32,000 nucleotides of DNA from Paracoccus suum (GTDB lineage Bacteria > Pseudomonadota > Alphaproteobacteria > Rhodobacterales > Rhodobacteraceae). The stretch covers positions 2,430,001-2,462,000 of the forward strand of contig NZ_CP030918.1 of the NCBI RefSeq assembly GCF_003324675.1, given 5' to 3'. Below are positions 24,600 to 32,000 of the stretch, one piece after another. The position numbers and the translations under genes were made by a program. Each line of letters begins with the position of its first letter. Within the stretch, counting starts at the first letter, position 1. The notes beneath the pieces were generated by a model. That model saw nothing but the letters and a program-made list of their open reading frames with translations. It was not told where the DNA came from and did no database searches.

Positions 24600-25688
24600 A
24601 TGATGATCGAAACCAGCATCGCCCCGCAGCCCGGCATCATGGACATCGCCCTTTATCAGGCGGGGGCAGGACACGGCCTCGCAAATGCGGTCAAGCTGTC
24701 GGCGAACGAGAACCCCCTCGGGCCGCCCCCCGCGGCGGTCGAGGCGATCCTGCGCGCGGCGGGCGAGGTGAACCGCTATCCCTCGTCAGACCATGCCGAC
24801 CTTCGCCGCGCGGTGGGCGAGGTTCACGGCCTTGATCCCGACCGCATCATCTGCGGCGCCGGCAGCGACGAGATCATCAGCTTCCTGACCCAGGCTTACG
24901 CCGGGCCGGGCACCGAGGTGCTCTTCACCGAGCATGGATTTTTGATGTATCGCATCGCCGCCCAGGCGGCCGGGGCAAAGCCCGTCTGCGTGCCCGAACA
25001 TGACCGCGTGACGGACATCGACGCGCTGATCGCCGCGGCGACGCCCGCCACGCGACTGATCTTTATTGCCAATCCCAACAATCCGACCGGCACGATGATC
25101 GGCCTGCCGCAACTCGAGCGTCTGGCCCGGGCCGTGCCGCAGGCGATTTTGGTGATCGATGCCGCCTACAGCGAATATGTCGAGGGCTACGACGGCGGCG
25201 CGGAACTGGCCGGGCGGCTGCCGAACGTCGTCATGACCCGCACCTTTTCCAAGATCTACGGCCTCGGCGGCTTGCGCGTGGGCTGGGCCTACGGACCGCG
25301 CGACATCATCGACGTGCTGAACCGGTTGCGCGGTCCGTTCAACGTCAGCAGCCTGGGTCTCGCGGCGGCCGAGGCCGCGGTCCGCGACCGCGACTGGGTT
25401 GCGCGCTGCCGGGACGAGACCGCGCGCCTTCGCGCCAGCCTCGCCGAGGCTCTGGCCGCGGTCGGCGTGCCGTCGGACAGCAGTTGCGCCAACTTCATCC
25501 TCGCGCGGTTCGCCGACCGGGCCACGGCTGAGGCATGCGACGCCGCCTTGCAGGCCGAGGGGCTGATCGTGCGTCAGGTGGCCGGCTACGGCCTGCCGCA
25601 TTGCCTGCGCATGACCATCGGCAGCGAAGCCGAATGCCGCGCCCTCGGCGAGGCCGTCGCGCGCTTCATGGCGGGACGCCGCGGATGA
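24600..25688 (+). CDS. hisC: histidinol-phosphate aminotransferase
   Basis: GAGG lies 5 nt before ATG 24600. The track start 24489 lies inside the rpsD terminator. Motifs: [28 protein letters not shown], and [15 protein letters not shown] with the PLP Lys. Confidence 0.92.
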   Translation: MMIETSIAPQPGIMDIALYQAGAGHGLANAVKLSANENPLGPPPAAVEAILRAAGEVNRYPSSDHADLRRAVGEVHGLDPDRIICGAGSDEIISFLTQAYAGPGTEVLFTEHGFLMYRIAAQAAGAKPVCVPEHDRVTDIDALIAAATPATRLIFIANPNNPTGTMIGLPQLERLARAVPQAILVIDAAYSEYVEGYDGGAELAGRLPNVVMTRTFSKIYGLGGLRVGWAYGPRDIIDVLNRLRGPFNVSSLGLAAAEAAVRDRDWVARCRDETARLRASLAEALAAVGVPSDSSCANFILARFADRATAEACDAALQAEGLIVRQVAGYGLPHCLRMTIGSEAECRALGEAVARFMAGRRG

Positions 25689-26614
25689 GCGGCGAGGCCC
25701 CATTTCGCCATGTGGCATTGATCGGCCTTGGGCTAATTGCCTCGTCCATGGCCCATGCCATCCGCGCCCGCTGGCCCGAAGTCCGCATCACCGGCTATGC
25801 CCGGTCCGAGGCGACCCGGAACCAGACGCGAGAGATCGGCTTTTGCGACGCCGTGATGGACAGCGCCGCCGAGGCAGTCGCCGGCGCCGATCTGGTCGTC
25901 CTGGCGGTACCTATCGGCGCGATGGGCGAGCTTGCGGCCGAAATCGCCCCGCACCTTGCGCCCGACGCGGTGTTGACCGATGTCGGCTCGGTCAAGCAGG
26001 CGGTGATCGACGCGGTCGGACCGCATGTCCCGACGCACGTTCACTTCGTCCCCGGCCACCCGCTTGCCGGCACCGAACACAGCGGCCCACGTGCCGGCTT
26101 TGCCAGCCTGTTCCAGAACCGCTGGTGGCTGCTAACGCCCGAGGAGGGGGTCGACCCCGCTGCCATCGAGCGCTTGCAGGCGCTCATCGCTGGCATGGGC
26201 GCCAAGACCGACCAGATGGAGGCCGGGCACCATGACCTCGTCCTCGCGGTGACCAGCCACGCCCCGCACCTGATCGCCTACACGATGGTCGGCGTCGCCG
26301 ATCATCTCAGCCGGGTGACGGAAAGCGAAGTGATCCAGTATTCCGCCGCCGGATTTCGCGACTTTACCCGCATCGCGGCCAGCGATCCCACCATGTGGCG
26401 CGATGTGTTCCTGACCAACCGCGAGGCGACGCTGGATATTCTCGGCCGCTTCACCGAGGAGTTGTTTGTGTTGCAGCGTGCCATCCGCATGGGCGATGGC
26501 AAGCATCTGCACGACTATTTCACCCGCACCCGCGCTATCAGGCGCGGTATCATCGAGGCCGGGCAGGACACCGCCGCGCCCGATTTTGGCCGGGCCGCCA
26601 AGCAGGACGGGTAA
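25685..26614 (+). CDS. tyrC: prephenate/arogenate (cyclohexadienyl) dehydrogenase
   Basis: ATGA overlap with hisC (25685-25688). Rossmann fold [17 protein letters not shown]. Motifs: [51 protein letters not shown]. Confidence 0.9.
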   Translation: MSGEAPFRHVALIGLGLIASSMAHAIRARWPEVRITGYARSEATRNQTREIGFCDAVMDSAAEAVAGADLVVLAVPIGAMGELAAEIAPHLAPDAVLTDVGSVKQAVIDAVGPHVPTHVHFVPGHPLAGTEHSGPRAGFASLFQNRWWLLTPEEGVDPAAIERLQALIAGMGAKTDQMEAGHHDLVLAVTSHAPHLIAYTMVGVADHLSRVTESEVIQYSAAGFRDFTRIAASDPTMWRDVFLTNREATLDILGRFTEELFVLQRAIRMGDGKHLHDYFTRTRAIRRGIIEAGQDTAAPDFGRAAKQDG

Positions 26615-26620
26615 CGCGGC

Positions 26621-27796
26621 TCAGCCCGCCGGCTTTGCTCCGGGCGCTGTCGGGGCAGCCTTGGTCGCCGTGGGGGCCGACAGCCGTGGGGCGGGGCCCA
26701 GCGGCAACGGTCCCAGCCACAGCTTGCCGTCACGCGCCGCAATCGTGATCCGCGTCTCACCGTTCCGCGGCGCGGGCCAGCCGGCATCAGGGATTAGCCG
26801 TTGCTGGCTGTTGGCCGCGCGCTCGATTTCGGAAACGCCGGCGCGGGGCGCATCTACAACAGCACCTGAAGGGGCAGGGGCCGCAACAGGGGCTGCAGCG
26901 GGGGCGGGCGTCCCCAACGATTTCAGGGCCGCATTCGCCAGCAGCGCGGCGTTGCGGGGGATCAGCCCCAGATCGACGGCACGCGCGACAAACCGTTCGG
27001 AATCGGCGGTGTCGATTACGATTTCGCCCTTGGCGAGGCCGGCCTCGTCCGCGACCAGCCGCGCATAGAGCCGCGCCGACAGATCGCCCAGGGTCAAGTC
27101 GATCCCATCGCCGCGCAGGCCGACGAGATGCGGCTGGCTTTCGCGCCGTCGGCCTTCGGCCACCGCGCCGGCGGTCATCGGAACGCCGCTGAGCCAGACC
27201 CGGCCCGTGCCCTTGACGGTTGCCGCGTCAGGAAGCCTGCCAGCGGTCACCGGACCCAGCGAGAGGTCCGAGATGCTGCCTCGCACATCATAGGCAGCGC
27301 CGGTGCCGGGCGGCGAATCGGCGCCAAAACCTGCGAGTTCAGCATTCAGCGCGATTGGCCCGATCAGCGGAGCGCCCGCTAGGGTAGCGCCGTCGCTGTG
27401 CAGGGCCGCATCGCTGACGGCAAGGTTGTGGGTGGGCGAAAAGCGCATCTCGGCCTCCAGGCCGCCGGCGCCAAGGGCGATGCTCTGGCCCTGCGCCGTC
27501 AGGCTGGTGCCGGGGGCGGCCGACAGGTGCAGCTCGTTCGGCGCAGTGGGTGCGACCCAGATGTCCACCCAGTCCCCCGCGGTTTTCAGGTCGGCGGCAG
27601 GATCGTCGAACTTCGGCTCGGCCACGCGCACGCCGATCCGGTCGGGCTCGCGCAACTCATGGATGCGGCCGGCTGTCAGGCGCTGGTCCGAGGCGATGGC
27701 GTTGCGCACGCCGCGCGCCAGCAACGTCTCGCCGCCGATCCAGCCACCGGCGAGCAGCGCCCCCAGCATCACCAGCAACACAAGTAGAGAGCGCAT
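26621..27796 (-). CDS. membrane-anchored hypothetical protein, DUF2125-like
   Basis: GGAGG lies 5 nt upstream of ATG 27796; the track start 27844 lacks an SD. The N-terminal anchor is MRSLLVLLVMLGALLAGGWIGG. An Ala/Pro-rich patch lies near the C-terminus, which ends DGKLWLGPLPLGPAP. The DUF2125 assignment is from memory of the general sequence pattern only. Confidence 0.55.
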   Translation of the reverse strand: MRSLLVLLVMLGALLAGGWIGGETLLARGVRNAIASDQRLTAGRIHELREPDRIGVRVAEPKFDDPAADLKTAGDWVDIWVAPTAPNELHLSAAPGTSLTAQGQSIALGAGGLEAEMRFSPTHNLAVSDAALHSDGATLAGAPLIGPIALNAELAGFGADSPPGTGAAYDVRGSISDLSLGPVTAGRLPDAATVKGTGRVWLSGVPMTAGAVAEGRRRESQPHLVGLRGDGIDLTLGDLSARLYARLVADEAGLAKGEIVIDTADSERFVARAVDLGLIPRNAALLANAALKSLGTPAPAAAPVAAPAPSGAVVDAPRAGVSEIERAANSQQRLIPDAGWPAPRNGETRITIAARDGKLWLGPLPLGPAPRLSAPTATKAAPTAPGAKPAG

Positions 27797-27886
27797 CGCC
27801 GCCTCCGAAAACATCTCAAGGCGAGGCTTTCCCCGCGCGCGCACACTGGCCTAAGCTGTGCCAAAGCGGAAGGACGCGCGATTGCG

Positions 27887-28432
27887 ATGACGAACGACGG
27901 CGGCTGGATTTTTGCCTATGGCTCGCTGATGTGGGACCCCGGGGTGCCGGTGGCCGAGGCGCTGCCGGCGCGCTTGCCGGGCTGGCACCGCAGCTTTTGC
28001 CTGCGCTCGATCGAGCATCGCGGCCGGCCGGACTGCCCCGGCCTCGTTCTCGGTCTCGACGCCGCGCCTGGGGCGGAATGTCGCGGGCTGGCGCTGCGGA
28101 TTGCCGCGCCAGACTGGCCCGATGCGATCGCGACCATCCGCGCGCGCGAACTGGTGACGAGTGCCTATCGCGAGGCTGCCGTCAACCTCGATCTGACCGA
28201 CGGGCGGCACGTGGATGCGCTGACCTACGTCGTGCGACCCGAGCATCCGCAATACGCCGGCGGCCTCGATCTGGACCGCCAGGCGGCGATCATCGCGCTC
28301 GCCAGCGGCGGGCGTGGACCGAATGCCGCGTACCTTGCCAGTTTTGTCGAGCATCTGGCCCTGCTGGGGCTGAACGATCCCGAATTCTCGGCGCTGTCCG
28401 AACGGGTCCGGTCGTTGCAGCGCGCGGGTTGA
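27887..28432 (+). CDS. ChaC-family gamma-glutamylcyclotransferase (glutathione-specific type)
   Basis: The 181-aa protein has WIFAYGSLMWDPG and GLVLGLD...CRGLALRI, which fit the ChaC/GGCT fold pattern. Confidence 0.8.
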   Translation: MTNDGGWIFAYGSLMWDPGVPVAEALPARLPGWHRSFCLRSIEHRGRPDCPGLVLGLDAAPGAECRGLALRIAAPDWPDAIATIRARELVTSAYREAAVNLDLTDGRHVDALTYVVRPEHPQYAGGLDLDRQAAIIALASGGRGPNAAYLASFVEHLALLGLNDPEFSALSERVRSLQRAG

Positions 28433-28535
28433 AAAACCCTGCACCTCCCGCGCTTGGCAGAATCCTGCCGCCCGCCTACAGTCGGGCGCACCGAGCCTGC
28501 CTTTCCGTCCAGCCGTCCCAACGCGAGGCCCGCGC

Positions 28536-30080
28536 GTGAGCGATACGCCGATCGACCCGTCCCAGCCGACCGAGAGCACCGACCCCGCGCAGTGGCCCGA
28601 GCGGGGCCGCGAACGGCCCGCAGCGCCCCAGCCCGGTCCCGAGGGGCGCCCCCACAGCGCCCGTCCCGGCGGCGGTCGCCGGCGCGGGCTGTCGGCCCTG
28701 CGCCGGGCCGACGCCGCGAGCGCGGCCCATTTTTCGCAGCCGGTGCGGCAGATCCTGCTGATGCTGATCGTCCTGGGACTGGTGGGCGTCGGGGGAACGC
28801 TTGCCTACCGGCGCATCTGGCCGATCTTCGAATCCAACCCCTGGCTGAACGGCACCATCGCGGCGGTGTTCGCGCTGGGCGTGCTGACCTGTTTCTGGCA
28901 GGTCGTGCAACTGGTCGCCTCGGTCAGTTGGATCGAGCGTTTCGCTAGCCGGCGCGTCACCGCGCTGAAAAACCGCGTGGCCCCGCGGACCGAGGGGGAT
29001 GGCGATGCCCCGCCCTCGCTGCTGGCGCCGCTCGCAACCCTGCTCGGCAGCACCGGTCCGACCGCCGGGCTGATCTCGACCACCGCCGCGCGCTCGATCC
29101 AGGAGAGCGTCGCCGCCCGCATCAATGAGGCGCGGGACGTCACCCGCTATCTCTCGCAGCTGCTGATCTTCCTTGGGCTGCTTGGCACCTTCTACGGCCT
29201 CGCCACGACCATCCCCGGCGTCGTCGAGACGATCCGCGCGCTTGCGCCGCGTGAGGGCGAGACCGGCGTGCAGATGTTCGGCGAGCTGATGACGGGCCTC
29301 GAAAGCCAGCTCGGCGGCATGGCGACCGCCTTTTCGTCCTCGCTCCTGGGGCTTGCCGGATCGCTGGTCGTGGGACTGCTGGACCTGTTCGCAGGCCACG
29401 GCCAGAACCGCTTTTACCGCGAACTGGAAGAGTGGATGACTGGCTTTACCCGCGTCGGCCTCGCCGGCCCGGACGACGACGGCGCATCGCTGGACCACGC
29501 AGCGATGGCCCATTTCCTCGACCAACTCGCCCAGCAGACCGTTGCATTAAGCGAATTCTACGCCCAGCGGGACGCGCTGCACGAGCAGGACCAGATCGCC
29601 GCCGACGAGCGCGCACGCGGCATGGCGCGCAGCGTCGAGCGGCTAGCCGAGCATGTGCTGTCGGATGGCGAGACCGCGATCGAGCGGGCTGCGCATCTGG
29701 CTCACACCCTCGGCCGGATCGCCGACGGGCAGGAACGGTTGCTCGCGGCGACCACCGCCGCCGGGCAGCGGCCCGAGGGGGATCCCGCCGCCCGCGTCGG
29801 CCTGCGCGCGGTCGAGGGCGCGCTGCACCGCCTTGCGGATGGACAGGAGCGGCTGATCCTGCTGACCGAGGCGGCGGCCGAAAGCCGCGCCCGCAGCGAA
29901 GACAACCCCGAGGCGCGGCTGCACCTGCGCTCGATCGACAGTGCGCTGCAGCGCATGGCCGAGGAGCAGTCGGCCAACATGGCCGATATGTTGGTCGACC
30001 TGCGCGCCGACCTGGCCGTCCTGACCCGCACCGTGCGCGCCTTGGGCGAGCCGCTGCCGCCCAGCGATCACGGGGCCTGA
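28536..30080 (+). CDS. MotA/TolQ/ExbB-family proton-channel protein with a long C-terminal repeat-containing tail
   Basis: The start is GTG 28536; there is no in-frame ATG before the first TM segment. The N-terminal ~65 aa are Pro/Arg-rich and look disordered. TM segments are ILLMLIVLGLVGVGGTLAY and IAAVFALGVLTCFWQVVQLV, then the family-typical pair YLSQLLIFLGLLGTFYGLATTI and GMATAFSSSLLGLAGSLVVGLLDLF. A helical tail of about 200 aa follows. Confidence 0.75.
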   Translation: MSDTPIDPSQPTESTDPAQWPERGRERPAAPQPGPEGRPHSARPGGGRRRGLSALRRADAASAAHFSQPVRQILLMLIVLGLVGVGGTLAYRRIWPIFESNPWLNGTIAAVFALGVLTCFWQVVQLVASVSWIERFASRRVTALKNRVAPRTEGDGDAPPSLLAPLATLLGSTGPTAGLISTTAARSIQESVAARINEARDVTRYLSQLLIFLGLLGTFYGLATTIPGVVETIRALAPREGETGVQMFGELMTGLESQLGGMATAFSSSLLGLAGSLVVGLLDLFAGHGQNRFYRELEEWMTGFTRVGLAGPDDDGASLDHAAMAHFLDQLAQQTVALSEFYAQRDALHEQDQIAADERARGMARSVERLAEHVLSDGETAIERAAHLAHTLGRIADGQERLLAATTAAGQRPEGDPAARVGLRAVEGALHRLADGQERLILLTEAAAESRARSEDNPEARLHLRSIDSALQRMAEEQSANMADMLVDLRADLAVLTRTVRALGEPLPPSDHGA

Positions 30081-30081
30081 G

Positions 30082-31704
30082 ATGGCACTCGGGCGGCGCG
30101 GCGGGCGGTTCGAGACCAACATCTGGCCCGGATTCGTCGATGCGATGACCGGCCTCGTGCTGGTCATCATGTTCGTGCTGACCATCGTGATGGTGGTCCA
30201 GGGGGTGATGCGCGATCAGCTGAGCACGCAGGACCGTCGCCTCGGCGAGTTGGGCGATCAGGTGGCCCAGCTGGGGCAGGCGCTCGGTACCGCGCAGGGC
30301 GAGCGTGACGCGGCAGAGGCGGCGCGCGCGCAGGCCGCGGGCGAGGCCCTGGCGCTGTCGCGCGACCTGGCGCTGCGCAGCGAGGACCTGGCCGGCGCGC
30401 GCGCCCGCGTGACCGATGCCGAGGCACAGATCGCGACGCTGATCGCCGCCCGTGCCGCCGACAAGGCGGCGGCCGAGGCGCGCGAGCAGCAGCTGACCGC
30501 CCGCAGCACGGCCGCCGAAGGCAGGGCCTCGGCCGCCGAGCTCGCGGTTGCGAGCGCGCGCGCCGAGATCGACGACAAGACCGCCGCCGCCCGGCTGGAC
30601 GCTGCCCGCGCCGAGGCGCTGGAGGCGCTCATCGCCGACCTGCGCGCCAAGGGGAACGCCAGCACCACGGCCCTCGACGAGGCCCGCACGAAACTGAGCG
30701 AGGCCGAGGCCGCGCGCCTGACCGATGCCGCCGCCGCCGAAGCGCTGCGTGCCAAGCTGGGCCAGTCGCAGGCCGAGATGTCGGCCATGAGCCTCGCCCT
30801 AGAGGAAAGTCGCAAGCGGGCCGAGGACACCCTAACGCTGCTGGCCGCGGCCGACGCCGCCAAGGAGGATGCGCGCGCCGAGGGCCTCAGCGAGGCCCAG
30901 CGTCAGGCGGCGCTGCTGAAGATCGCCAATGACAAGCTGGCGGGTCAGGAAGCGCTGTCGGCCGAGGGCGCGCGCAAGGTTGCCGCCCTGAACGCGCAGG
31001 TCGCGGCGCTGAACCGGCAGCTGGCGCAACTGCAGGGGGTGTTGCAATCGGGCGGCGAGGCACAGGCCGCTGCCGAACTGAAGGTCGCCGACCTCGGCCG
31101 TCAGCTGAACGCCGCGCTGCTGAACGCGGCCGAGGGCGAAAAGGCCAAGGCTGCCCTGCAGGCCGAGCGCGCCGCCAAGGCGGATGCCGAGGCCAAGCTG
31201 GCTGCCGAGCGCGCCGCAACCGCCGAGGCCAAGGCCCAGGATCTGACGCGCTACCGGTCGGAGTTCTTTGGTCGCCTCAGCGCCATTCTGGCCGGGCGGC
31301 AAGGCGTCAAGGTCGTGGGCGACCGCTTCGTCTTTTCCTCGGACGTGGTGTTCCCCGCGGCCGAGGCGACCCTGTCAGCCGAGGGCAGGGCGCAGATCGC
31401 CCAGGTCACAGCCCAGTTGAAGGAGATTGCGGCCGAGATCCCGCCCGAGGTCGACTGGATCCTGCGCGTCGATGGCCACACCGACAACACGCCCCTGTCG
31501 GGCCAGGGGCAGTTCGCCGACAACTGGGCGCTGAGCCAGGCACGGGCCCTCGCCGTGGTGCGCTACATGGTGGACGATCTGGGCTTTCCGCCGGACCGCC
31601 TCGCCGCCGCGGGCTTTGGCGAGTTCCGTCCGGCCGAGCCCGGCGACACGCCCGAGGCGCGCGCCGCCAATCGCCGCATCGAGCTGAAGCTGACCGAACG
31701 CTAG
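30082..31704 (+). CDS. MotB-like protein: N-terminal TM plug with conserved Asp, ~350-aa Ala-rich coiled coil, C-terminal OmpA-like peptidoglycan-binding domain
   Basis: The ATG lies 1 nt after the upstream stop. NIWPGFVDAMTGLVLVIMFVLTIVMVV carries Asp20 (30139-30141) in the position of the MotB/ExbD channel Asp. Residues ~45-395 are a heptad-like Ala/Glu/Leu/Arg/Lys-rich region. The C-terminus RVDGHTDNTPL...NWALSQARALAVVRYM...RAANRRIELKL is an OmpA_C-like signature. Confidence 0.8.
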   Translation: MALGRRGGRFETNIWPGFVDAMTGLVLVIMFVLTIVMVVQGVMRDQLSTQDRRLGELGDQVAQLGQALGTAQGERDAAEAARAQAAGEALALSRDLALRSEDLAGARARVTDAEAQIATLIAARAADKAAAEAREQQLTARSTAAEGRASAAELAVASARAEIDDKTAAARLDAARAEALEALIADLRAKGNASTTALDEARTKLSEAEAARLTDAAAAEALRAKLGQSQAEMSAMSLALEESRKRAEDTLTLLAAADAAKEDARAEGLSEAQRQAALLKIANDKLAGQEALSAEGARKVAALNAQVAALNRQLAQLQGVLQSGGEAQAAAELKVADLGRQLNAALLNAAEGEKAKAALQAERAAKADAEAKLAAERAATAEAKAQDLTRYRSEFFGRLSAILAGRQGVKVVGDRFVFSSDVVFPAAEATLSAEGRAQIAQVTAQLKEIAAEIPPEVDWILRVDGHTDNTPLSGQGQFADNWALSQARALAVVRYMVDDLGFPPDRLAAAGFGEFRPAEPGDTPEARAANRRIELKLTER

Positions 31705-31707
31705 CCT

Positions 31708-32000
31708 TCAGGTCGAGCCGGGCGTCAGTCGTCGCATGAGCAGCCACGCAACCGCCGAACAGACGGCTGCGGCCGCGATCACCGGCACCGGCGTTCCGTT
31801 GTAGAGCTGCCCGACGGGCGCCGCGATCAGCATCGCGCCCACGGTCGACAGCGCCGCGACCAGCGAAGCGACCATGCCGGCGATATGGCCCATTCGGTGC
31901 AGCGCGATGGCGTTCAGGTTGCCGAAGGTGACCCCGGCCATTGTGAAGAGGCTCACCGCCCATACAAAGAAGGCGGCAAAGCGCCACGGCTCGGGGATCG
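31708..32000 (-). CDS. MFS transporter (Bcr/CflA-like), C-terminal part; the gene continues beyond the right edge
   Basis: The reading frame stays open upstream of the track GTG (31956) to the window end: ...IPEPWRFAAFFVWAVSLFTMAGVTFGNLNAIALHRMGHIAGMVASLVAALSTVGAMLIAAPVGQLYNGTPVPVIAAAAVCSAVAWLLMRR. These look like the last TM helices of a drug-resistance-type MFS protein. Confidence 0.65.
   Translation of the reverse strand, partial: IPEPWRFAAFFVWAVSLFTMAGVTFGNLNAIALHRMGHIAGMVASLVAALSTVGAMLIAAPVGQLYNGTPVPVIAAAAVCSAVAWLLMRRLTPGST

Noticed and set aside
28454-28469. Sigma-54-like promoter element TTGGCAGAATCCTGCC upstream of the MotA-like gene
   Set aside because: The GG and GC dinucleotides are spaced 11 nt apart, whereas -24/-12 promoters require a strict 12 nt. 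No enhancer-binding protein gene is nearby.
28536-31704. Interpreting the MotA/MotB-like pair as a Zorya-type (ZorAB) anti-phage defence system
   Set aside because: No ZorC/ZorD-like or other effector (nuclease, helicase) genes are adjacent. The flanks are housekeeping genes rather than a defence island or mobile element. The A tail (~200 aa) is much shorter than the ZorA tails I recall. The architectural analogy is kept in the findings, but the defence call is not.

Overview
High-GC alphaproteobacterial chromosomal segment. Gene content and several protein sequences match what I remember of Paracoccus/Rhodobacter-type methylotrophy loci. All calls rest on reading the translations, motifs, Shine-Dalgarno (SD) sequences and start/stop overlaps; no searches were run. 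The ORF track takes the longest ATG/GTG/TTG ORF, so many of its starts were corrected. Gene order: gyrA (5' part, minus, absent from the track) | hypothetical | DUF892/YciE-like (minus) | gfa-flhA-GNAT-fghA (glutathione-dependent formaldehyde oxidation) | xoxF-xoxG(cycB)-xoxJ-CXXCW rhodanese-like | substrate-binding protein, beta-propeller, unknown, ABC ATPase, ABC-2 permease, unknown (PedA1A2BC/lut-like, probably lanthanide-related) | MBL-fold hydrolase (minus) | pqqA (30 codons, absent from the track)-pqqBCDE-SoxYZ-like carrier | ribE | DXD glycosyltransferase-like (minus) | rpsD | hisC-tyrC | DUF2125-like (minus) | ChaC-like | MotA/ExbB-like plus MotB/OmpA-like pair | MFS transporter (minus, partial). 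I saw no rRNA, tRNA, CRISPR array, transposase, integrase or phage genes. Best candidates for undescribed biology: (1) a Cys-based 'quinoprotein relay' set wrapped around pqqABCDE and xoxFGJ (SoxYZ-like fused carrier, MBL hydrolase, CXXCW rhodanese-like protein); (2) the tightly coupled six-gene ABC operon, which includes two secreted proteins of no recognisable family; (3) a ~159-aa Ala/Pro-rich C-terminal tail on XoxF, with similar linkers on at least five other secreted proteins of the cluster; (4) an orphan MotA/MotB-like stator pair with a repeat-containing tail on the A subunit and a ~350-aa coiled coil in the B subunit. The many long antisense and out-of-frame ORFs in the track are treated as GC-content artefacts.
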